Source: an uncultured bacterium (GTDB taxonomy: Bacteria; B130-G9). From it: a stretch of 42,530 nucleotides of DNA. A program made the position numbers and the translations under genes. Position 1 is the stretch's first letter; each line of letters begins with the position of its first letter. The notes beneath the pieces are model-generated. The model ran no database searches. It worked only from the letters and a program-made list of their open reading frames with translations, and was not told where the DNA came from. Positions 35,337 through 42,530 of this stretch are shown here, in pieces. The DNA lies in contig CBDVDH010000031.1 in NCBI GenBank assembly GCA_965372715.1, forward strand, positions 1 to 42,530, in the 5' to 3' direction.

Positions 35337-37778
35337 ATGACGAAAATCAGAATCGAAGAGCTGAAGCCCGAGGATTTGAGATGGTCATACAGACGCTACG
35401 ATTTCCCGCTCGGCAAGGCAGCGAACGCTGAGCCGATTCGGGGAACCGTTGGTCAGGACAGGGCAATCGCGGCCCTCAAGACCGGCCTTCAAGTCCCCTG
35501 GCGCGGCTACAATGTATTCGTCTGCGGGCTGAGCGGAACGGGCAGAAGGTCTTCCGTTAAGGAGATCGTCAAGCGCATAGGCACAGTGTCGCCGCCGCCT
35601 GCGGATAGGTGCTACGTCTATAACTTCGGCGAGCCCGAGAAGCCGATCCTCATCGAGCTCAAGAAGGGCGAGGCGAAAGAGCTCAAGGACGATGTGGACG
35701 AGCTGATTGATCGGCTCACGAAGCAAGTGCCACGGCTCTTGCGGGACAAATCGTTCTCCGAGGCGAGCAAACAGCTTGAGGTCGAGTTCAAGGCGAAGGG
35801 CCAAAAAGTACTCAAGGAGTTCGAGGGGAAGCTCAAGGACACTCTATTTACTGTCGCTCAAGTGCAGGTCGGGCCTCTCACGGTTCCCGACGTCTTCCCC
35901 GTCATCGACGATAAGCCAGTAACGTTCGAGGACTTCGAGAAAGCGGTCGCCGAGGGCAAGGTCCAAGTCGAGGACATGCAAGCCTTCAAGGCCCTCTATC
36001 AAGAACTCAAGCGCGATCTTGTTGAGGTGCTCAAGCGCACGCGACGCCTTGAGGCGGAGGCGCTGCGGCGGATGAAGGGCCTTACGATGCACTTCGGCAA
36101 AGCGCTAGTCGAGGGCTATATCGAGGACCTCAAGGAGAAATACGCGAACAAAAAGCTCTCGAAGCACCTTAGCGCCATCGGTAAGAACATCGTTGAGCAT
36201 TTGGGTCTTTTCAGGTCCGCCAGCGATGAGTCGCAACCGTCGTCAGGGAGCGGCGCCGGCGATTCGGGCAGCTCTTCGGACCCATTCCTTCGCTACCGCG
36301 TGAATGTCCTTCTGGACAACACCGACAGGGAGGATACGCCGATTGTCATCGAGACAGAGCCAACGCCTCGGAACCTATTCGGAATCATCGACCTGGTGCC
36401 AGAGTCCCCCGGGCAGTGGCGCACGGATTTCATGCAGATCAAGGGCGGCTCGCTTCTCATGGCGGACGGCGGACATCTTATCGTGAACGCGATCGACATC
36501 CTCACGCAGCCCGGCGTCTGGGAACAGCTCAAGCGCACACTCAAGAACCAGCAGCTCAGGATATCCGTCCCAGAACTGGGCTATCCATTCGCACAGCACT
36601 CTCTTCAACCGGAGCCCATCGACCTAAACGTCAAGGTCATCATGACCGGGGACGCGGTGATGTTCGAGATGCTTTACGGTCTCGATGACGATTTCAAGAA
36701 AATCTTCAAGATAAAGGCCGAGTTCGACACGCAGATGCCGCTCTTGCAGGACAATGTGGCGCATTTTATGTCGGTCCTATCGAAGATAAGACATGACAAG
36801 AAGCTCATCCGGTTTCAGAAGAGCGCGCTGTTCACAGTGCTTGAGGTCGCTATACGAAGGGCCGGAAGGAAGGACAGGCTCTCAACGCGTTTCGGAGAGC
36901 TGTCGGACCTAATGAGCGAGGCCAATCTGATTGCAGTGAACGAGGGCGCCAAGTCTGTGTCCGAAAAGCACGTTCAGGCCGCAATCGACGCCACTATCCA
37001 GCGAAACAACCTCATCGAGACCAAGATCAAGCAGCTGATCAAGGACGGCACGATCATCATCGATACGGACGGCGAGGAGGTCGGGCAAGTCAACGGCCTC
37101 TCCGTCCTTGCAACCGCTAACCACGCATTCGGGCAGCCGACGAGAATCACCGCCTCGACCGCCGCGGGCGAGGGAGGCATCATAAATATCGAACGCGAGG
37201 CGGACCTTTCGGGCAGCTCCCACGACAAGGGCGTCCTGATTCTCGCGGGGTTCCTGCGGCAACGGTTCGGTCAGGACAAGCCCCTCAACCTCTCCGCCAG
37301 TATCTGTTTCGAGCAATCCTACTCAGGCGTCGATGGCGACAGCGCCTCGTCAACGGAGCTCTACTGCATTATCTCGAGCCTCTCCGGCGTGCCGATCAAA
37401 CAGGGCATCGCGGTGACCGGCTCGGTCAATCAGAAGGGCGAGATACAGCCGATTGGCGGGGTCAACCACAAGATCGAGGGCTTTTTTGAAGTCTGCAAGG
37501 CGAAGGGCTTGACTGGCGAGCAGGGCGTCCTCATCCCGCGCCTCAACGTCGAGTCGCTCATGCTCCGCAAAGATGTCGTCGATGCGGTTGCTAACGGCAA
37601 GTTCCACGTCTATCCCGTCGATACAATCGACCAGGGCCTCGAGGTCCTGACTGGTAGGCCTGCCGGGAGGCCCGACCCAGACGGCAAGTTCCCCGAAGGC
37701 TCGATCAACTACCTCGCCAATGAGAAACTCACAAGACTCGCGAAAGCTCTAAAGGAGTTCTCGAAAGAGAAGGACTGA
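35337..37778 (+). CDS. Lon-like ATP-dependent protease (AAA_32 + S16 domain)
   Basis: GQDRA, YNVFVCGLSGTGR, GQVNGL, FEQSYSGVDGDSAS (catalytic Ser), GSVNQ, IGGVNHKIEGFF (catalytic Lys). Confidence 0.94.
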   Translation: MTKIRIEELKPEDLRWSYRRYDFPLGKAANAEPIRGTVGQDRAIAALKTGLQVPWRGYNVFVCGLSGTGRRSSVKEIVKRIGTVSPPPADRCYVYNFGEPEKPILIELKKGEAKELKDDVDELIDRLTKQVPRLLRDKSFSEASKQLEVEFKAKGQKVLKEFEGKLKDTLFTVAQVQVGPLTVPDVFPVIDDKPVTFEDFEKAVAEGKVQVEDMQAFKALYQELKRDLVEVLKRTRRLEAEALRRMKGLTMHFGKALVEGYIEDLKEKYANKKLSKHLSAIGKNIVEHLGLFRSASDESQPSSGSGAGDSGSSSDPFLRYRVNVLLDNTDREDTPIVIETEPTPRNLFGIIDLVPESPGQWRTDFMQIKGGSLLMADGGHLIVNAIDILTQPGVWEQLKRTLKNQQLRISVPELGYPFAQHSLQPEPIDLNVKVIMTGDAVMFEMLYGLDDDFKKIFKIKAEFDTQMPLLQDNVAHFMSVLSKIRHDKKLIRFQKSALFTVLEVAIRRAGRKDRLSTRFGELSDLMSEANLIAVNEGAKSVSEKHVQAAIDATIQRNNLIETKIKQLIKDGTIIIDTDGEEVGQVNGLSVLATANHAFGQPTRITASTAAGEGGIINIEREADLSGSSHDKGVLILAGFLRQRFGQDKPLNLSASICFEQSYSGVDGDSASSTELYCIISSLSGVPIKQGIAVTGSVNQKGEIQPIGGVNHKIEGFFEVCKAKGLTGEQGVLIPRLNVESLMLRKDVVDAVANGKFHVYPVDTIDQGLEVLTGRPAGRPDPDGKFPEGSINYLANEKLTRLAKALKEFSKEKD

Positions 37779-37998
37779 TCGGCATAGCTTCGGCGCTCAC
37801 GATGGGGCCCGCACGAGAGAATCTGTCGGACGCCGGACCACTCAAGGTCTGGCACTGTGTCAAGGTCTGTCTAGACGGCGGCCCTCAACAGCGGCGTCCG
37901 CTCAATTGCCACGCCGCACCGAATGCCAATTCTCGTAGCAATAGCGCCTCGAACGATTCAGACTGTGTATAATGCGAGCAGTTGGCATGATGAGGTAG

Positions 37999-40929
37999 GT
38001 GCTTTTGCGGAATATCGATTGGCGGAGCTTTCTCACAACTCATAGGGCGCTGATTGCGCAGATCGGCTTCCTGCTGGCTTTAGTGTTGATCTTTTTCCGG
38101 AATGCTCTCTTCACACATAAGCTGTATTTCTACTACGACACGATCATGCAGAACTTCCCGTTCGGGCAGTTCTTTGCCGAGGGGTTTAGTCAATTCAAGC
38201 TTCGCCTCTGGTGTCCGCACATCTTCTCCGGCTTTCCGCTTTTCGCTGAAGGTCAGGCCGGGCCGCTTTACCCGCTTTTTGCCCCGCTTCTACTTCTTGC
38301 GCCGTTCTGGGTGATCTACAAGTATTCAATCGCTCTTCACTCGCTCCTGGCGGGCGTTTTCATGCTGATATTCCTGCGCCAGATGAAGCTCAAAAGCCCC
38401 AGCTGCCTCTTCGGCGCGGTGGCGTTCGCTTTCAGCGGGTTCTTCGTCGCACAGGTCTCGCACACGAATATCATCCGCGGCTATTGCTACCTTCCGGCTA
38501 TCCTTGCCGCAATCGAGGCGGTCAGAAGGCGTGGGATGCGCAGATGGTGGCTCATCCCAGTGCTTTTCGGGACGTTCCTTCTCGGCACGCATCCTTACGT
38601 GGCGATATACGTTGTCCTTGCGATGGCTCTGTGGCTTCTGTTCGCGCTTTTCGAGCGGCACCCATCCCCCAATGCCGTCCTCAGAGTAAGGTGGCTCGCA
38701 GTAATCGGCGGCCTGGTCGTGGGTCTTGGGCTTGCGGCCTGCCAGCTGCTTCCGAGCGCGGAGCTCTTATGGCTCTCAACGCGAGGCGAGGACGTCAACA
38801 TGGGTTTCTTGACGGCCGGCTCATTGCCGCTGCGGAACCTACTCACTTTCCTTCTGCCCAACTTCTTCGGCACGCCGGCCACAAACTGCTACTGGGGACC
38901 GGGCGAGATCGGTCTTTTCGCGGAGTTCTGCGGCTACGTTGGCGTCCTGACGCTTGTCCTTGCCGGCGTCGCCGTATTCTTCAGCAGGAGCAAATGGCTT
39001 CTATACTTCGTGCTGCTACTCGCCGCAGGCCTTCTGCTGGCTTTCGGCAGCCAGACGCCGCTTTACGCAGTCGTCGGAAAGGTCCCGATCCTGAACGCCA
39101 CACGAACGCCCGCAAGGTTCATCTATCTCGTCGTCTTCGCGCTGTCGGCCCTGTCGGCCTACGGCGTTGAATACCTGCTTTCGATCTCGGCGGACAAGTC
39201 AAAGAGGCGATGGCCGAATGCGTTTGTGCTCGTGTTAATTGTAGCCTGCTCAGTCATTGTGTATCACGTTGCGGCGCCCAATCTGAAAGCCGTCGAGCTC
39301 GAGCGAGCGCAGCGAACATCATCGCGACAGCTGATTAGCCAGGAGAGCAGAGCGTCATTTGAGCATTACGGCCAGGCGCTTGCGGGCGATCTCTGGCGAT
39401 TTGCGCTGGTGGCAGTTCTGTCTGTGGTTCTCCTTTTGGGCATCATCAACCTGCCTCGGATGGGGCGATACGTAGCTTTCGGGTTGCCAGTGCTGCTATT
39501 TGTCGATCTGCTCTGGTTCGGCTACGACTTCAATCCTGTTGCGACCACAAAGGTCTATACGAGACCTCGTAACATCACGAAGCTGCCGCAAACGGACCCA
39601 GATATGTTTCGGACTCTGCGCTGGCAGGTGAACGAGATATGGCGCCCAAAGGTCCATCTCGACGAGGGGCAAAGGCGAGCAGACCCGTTCACGCCCGGCT
39701 GGGCGAACCACCTTGAGAGGTATCGCGATTGCACCGCATCGCACGTGCCGAACACGAACATGGTGCACGGGATTGACAGCGTCGATGGATACACGTCGTT
39801 CACGCTATCCCGATACAACCGGCTATTGGGGGCGCCCGGCAAGTGCGCCTTGCCCAGGTTCGAGCCGTCCGCGGGACTGATGTCGCTGCTGAACGTCAAA
39901 TACGTCATCTCCTCGCAGGTCATTGACTACGATCGGCTCACGCCGGTCTTCACCGAGGCGGACCTGTATCTTTATCAATATGCTGACTTCTTGCCGCGTT
40001 TTTTCCTCGTTGATAAGGCCATCGTCCTGCCTACGGAAGAAGACGTAGTAGCTGCTGTGGCCGACCGCAGTTTTTGGCCCCTTTCAGGCGTGCTGCTTGA
40101 CGCTGACCAGCTGCGACGCGCAGATGATTTCAATCTTGGCTCGCTGTTCCGCCAGTGGTCCATAGAAGGCGTGCAGGGACCGTCGGAGGGCGTAACCGAA
40201 GCAGGTCGCGGCGCCCCCGGGGAGGTCTCTGTTCTCGAATACGACGCGGGTGAGGCAACGCTTGAGGTTAACGCCAATCGAGCGAGCTTTCTAGTTATCT
40301 CGGAGAATGATTACCCCGGCTGGAAGGCATACGTGAACGGCGAACCGACGCCAGTTCTGCGAGCCTACGGCTTCGTGAAAGCGGTCGCCGTGCTTCCAGG
40401 CAAATCCGTTGTGAGACTGTCATTTGAGCCGAAGAGCTTTCAAATCGGCCTTTTGATGACGCTTCTTTCCGCCATGGTTGTCAGCTGCGTGGCCTTCGCG
40501 TTTCGATCGTCGGGACAAGCTGATGAATCACCTCCAAGGTCAGTGCACGGCGTATCACGAACGGCTGGTAGATTGTTGGTTGTGTCAATCGCCGTTGGCC
40601 TTATCGTTGTCCCGGGCGCTGTCTCACGTGATAGCAGCTTCGCTGCCGAGCAGCTGCGGTTCTGCAATGTTATAGCGAAGGTCTATTGCGTGAAGGCCGC
40701 AGATGCCTTGACGCGCGGGGACAACGAGGCAGCCAAGAAGGCAGCGACTTCTGCGCTTGCAATGACACCGGAGAACGTCAGGGCGCATTATATGCTGGGT
40801 GTTGCGCATTTCAGGCTAAAAGATCGGGACCGTGCTCGCGAGGAGTGGGAGCGATGCTTGGCGAGCGACCCCGACTACGGGCCGGCGCTTCGGGCGCTCA
40901 GGCAGCTTGGCCGGGGATTTGGGGACTGA
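37999..40929 (+). CDS. YfhO-family polytopic membrane protein (putative GT-C) with C-terminal TPRs
   Basis: LWCPHIFSGFP, LYP, AFAFSG, QLLPSAE, YVG, RTPARF, LLNVKY, SENDYPGWKAYVNG; TPR motifs at the C-terminus. Confidence 0.88.
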   Translation: MLLRNIDWRSFLTTHRALIAQIGFLLALVLIFFRNALFTHKLYFYYDTIMQNFPFGQFFAEGFSQFKLRLWCPHIFSGFPLFAEGQAGPLYPLFAPLLLLAPFWVIYKYSIALHSLLAGVFMLIFLRQMKLKSPSCLFGAVAFAFSGFFVAQVSHTNIIRGYCYLPAILAAIEAVRRRGMRRWWLIPVLFGTFLLGTHPYVAIYVVLAMALWLLFALFERHPSPNAVLRVRWLAVIGGLVVGLGLAACQLLPSAELLWLSTRGEDVNMGFLTAGSLPLRNLLTFLLPNFFGTPATNCYWGPGEIGLFAEFCGYVGVLTLVLAGVAVFFSRSKWLLYFVLLLAAGLLLAFGSQTPLYAVVGKVPILNATRTPARFIYLVVFALSALSAYGVEYLLSISADKSKRRWPNAFVLVLIVACSVIVYHVAAPNLKAVELERAQRTSSRQLISQESRASFEHYGQALAGDLWRFALVAVLSVVLLLGIINLPRMGRYVAFGLPVLLFVDLLWFGYDFNPVATTKVYTRPRNITKLPQTDPDMFRTLRWQVNEIWRPKVHLDEGQRRADPFTPGWANHLERYRDCTASHVPNTNMVHGIDSVDGYTSFTLSRYNRLLGAPGKCALPRFEPSAGLMSLLNVKYVISSQVIDYDRLTPVFTEADLYLYQYADFLPRFFLVDKAIVLPTEEDVVAAVADRSFWPLSGVLLDADQLRRADDFNLGSLFRQWSIEGVQGPSEGVTEAGRGAPGEVSVLEYDAGEATLEVNANRASFLVISENDYPGWKAYVNGEPTPVLRAYGFVKAVAVLPGKSVVRLSFEPKSFQIGLLMTLLSAMVVSCVAFAFRSSGQADESPPRSVHGVSRTAGRLLVVSIAVGLIVVPGAVSRDSSFAAEQLRFCNVIAKVYCVKAADALTRGDNEAAKKAATSALAMTPENVRAHYMLGVAHFRLKDRDRAREEWERCLASDPDYGPALRALRQLGRGFGD

Positions 40930-40930
40930 G

Positions 40931-41512
40931 ATGTTCTATTCACCAGGGAAGAGGCTTGGCATTTTCAGAGCCGCTATTTGGGGGATAAGTAAATGCGGTA
41001 AGACCGAGACGCTCAAGGGCCTGGTCTCACAGCTGCCGCCGCAGATCACGAGGGGCAATTGGCTAGACTATGACGTGCTTTCTGAGCGGGACAAGGACCT
41101 GCTCCTGGAATACGTCCCAGTCCGACTTGGGCAGGTCAAGGGAACGGACTTGATGATCGAGCTTTTTGCGCCTCACCCAGACCAGGCTGCTTCCAAAACT
41201 TGGCTGCAACTCGTCATCGACGCCGATGGGATTATCATCGCGGTCGATTCACAGACATCCAGGCTTTCCGAGAACATCAACTCACTCCGCAGCCTGAAGG
41301 AGCTTCTCGCCCGCGCCAATAAGTCGCTCATGAGGATGCCCGTGGTCTGTCAGTTCAACAAAAAAGACCTGCCGGATGCCCTGCCCTTTGAGGTGCTCGA
41401 GAGGGCAATTGATCTCAGGACTGCGCCTGTGTTTGAGACCGTCGCATCCCAGAAGCTCGGACTTATCGATGTTGTCCAAGCGTTAAGCAGGTTGCTGGCG
41501 CGGGCGCTCTAG
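40931..41512 (+). CDS. MglA-like small GTPase-fold protein, degenerate
   Basis: P-loop GISKCGKT, DGIIIAVDSQ..RLSENINSL, PVVCQFNKKDLP (G4), ETVAS (G5); ATG 1 nt after the YfhO stop. Confidence 0.82.
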   Translation: MFYSPGKRLGIFRAAIWGISKCGKTETLKGLVSQLPPQITRGNWLDYDVLSERDKDLLLEYVPVRLGQVKGTDLMIELFAPHPDQAASKTWLQLVIDADGIIIAVDSQTSRLSENINSLRSLKELLARANKSLMRMPVVCQFNKKDLPDALPFEVLERAIDLRTAPVFETVASQKLGLIDVVQALSRLLARAL

Positions 41513-41637
41513 TTTGGTCCTAATACAACCGGTTGTGTGTCAGGCGTGAGCGAGCGCTATCGGTGGTGTATCTTGCGAGATTGTCGTGCATCGAGCGTTG
41601 GAGGGATACAACATCTTGACGTTAGATAGATTTCGCC

Positions 41638-41667
41638 TTGACATAGCACAATCTATGCGACTAATAT
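41638..41667 (+). promoter_or_regulatory. putative sigma70 promoter for the CBS gene
   Basis: TTGACA-N18-TAATAT in an AT-rich intergenic region. Confidence 0.4.
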
Positions 41668-41734
41668 CTCGAACATCAAGCGCGATTATTTATTGTTTCT
41701 AGACTTTCTAAACTCAATCAACGGAGGGATGGGG

Positions 41735-42118
41735 ATGAAAGCAAAAGACATCATGACCGCGAAGGTCGAGTTCATCGATGGTTCCAGGACGGTTGCCGAC
41801 GCCATCAAGCAGATGAACGAGTACAACGTCAGCAGTCTGATCGTCGATCACCGCGCTGTTGAGGATGCCTACGGGATCGTCACGCGGAAGGACATCGTGA
41901 ACAAGATCGTCGCGACTGGGGATGATCCGCATACGACCAAAGTCGCGGAGATCATGAGCAAGCCTCTGGTGTTTGCGTCGCCTGGGCTTGAGCACAAGTA
42001 TGCGGCCAGACTCCTTGAGAACACTGGTTTCAGGCGGCTGCCAGTCTTTGATGGCAAGGTCATAGTCGGGATGCTTTCCAATTCCGACATCTTTGCGGCA
42101 TATTCAAAGATTATCTAG
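41735..42118 (+). CDS. CBS-domain pair protein
   Basis: AKDIMT, VSSLIV, GIVTRKDI, VAEIMSKP, FRRLPV, VGMLSNSDI; RBS GGAGGG. Confidence 0.93.
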   Translation: MKAKDIMTAKVEFIDGSRTVADAIKQMNEYNVSSLIVDHRAVEDAYGIVTRKDIVNKIVATGDDPHTTKVAEIMSKPLVFASPGLEHKYAARLLENTGFRRLPVFDGKVIVGMLSNSDIFAAYSKII

Positions 42119-42275
42119 TTCTGCCGCTGCTGGTTCTTCTTTCTCCTTTGTGTGGCCCCGGCGCCTACGGGTGACGGGGTCATTTTATCCGGTCTGCGAG
42201 CGCCTCGGCGTGCAGTTTGGTTGTTTTTGCGTTGCTCTAGCCCGTATGATTCATAAGCTGAGGCTGGGATGAGAT

Positions 42276-42381
42276 GTGGGGCGGGCTTTCCAGCCAGCCT
42301 TTCGTGGTTGCCTTGTCTGCTACAGGCAACGTTCTGTCGCATGGGACCTTATTCTTTGGCAGGCTGGAAAGCCCGCCCTAC
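42276..42381. repeat. inverted REP pair (GT[A/G]GGGCGGGCTTTCCAGCC family)
   Basis: GTGGGGCGGGCTTTCCAGCCAGCC (42276-42299) and GGCAGGCTGGAAAGCCCGCCCTAC (42358-42381). Confidence 0.8.
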
Positions 42382-42414
42382 ACCCGCGAGAGCAGCAGTC
42401 TTGAATCATTCGGC

Positions 42415-42530
42415 TCAGAAGCCGTATCTGTAAGTGAAGCCCATGAAGTCCAGAAGCGTGAGCAGGAACTGGTTGGCCGTGAGGCGACAGAGCCCTCCCC
42501 TTTGGCAAGACCGCTCCGAGTAGCCAGAAA
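42415..42530 (-). CDS. probable C-terminus of a gene running in from beyond the window edge
   Basis: A minus frame is open from the edge: SGYSERSCQRGGLCRLTANQFLLTLLDFMGFTYRYGF*, with host-like codon use, ending just before the REP pair. Confidence 0.45.
   Translation of the reverse strand, partial: SGYSERSCQRGGLCRLTANQFLLTLLDFMGFTYRYGF

Overview
GC-rich bacterial chromosomal window, mostly housekeeping, envelope and signalling genes, with small mobile or repeat elements in the intergenic gaps. In order: the 3' end of a group II intron (maturase C-terminus, damaged domain V, domain VI) whose 3' junction falls in the hairpin loop of a REP-like repeat; plsY; a secreted 503-aa protein; a mini-island (DUF4258/DUF2283 toxin-antitoxin pair, orphan M.EcoRV-like adenine methyltransferase, 284-bp MITE-like element); cpoB-pal; a secreted Kelch/DUF1565/beta-helix protein followed by an uncalled 39-aa RiPP-precursor-like gene with its own RBS and a terminator; sulfatase-like protein, DUF2905, SAM hydrolase; argF; a coupled run of 10xPKD surface protein, M19 dipeptidase, DUF2298 and TIGR03663-PA14 (GT-C-like membrane proteins); an atypical PP-loop enzyme; a six-gene phosphorelay ending in HDOD and degenerate HD-GYP outputs; a Lon-like protease; YfhO-TPR; a degenerate MglA-like GTPase; and a CBS protein. 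The best novelty candidates are the orphan Cys-containing precursor-like peptide, the intron inserted in a REP hairpin, the MITE, the PKD/GT-C glycosylation module and the MglA-like pseudo-GTPase. No rRNA, tRNA or CRISPR array was seen. All family assignments come from motif recognition by eye, with no database searches.
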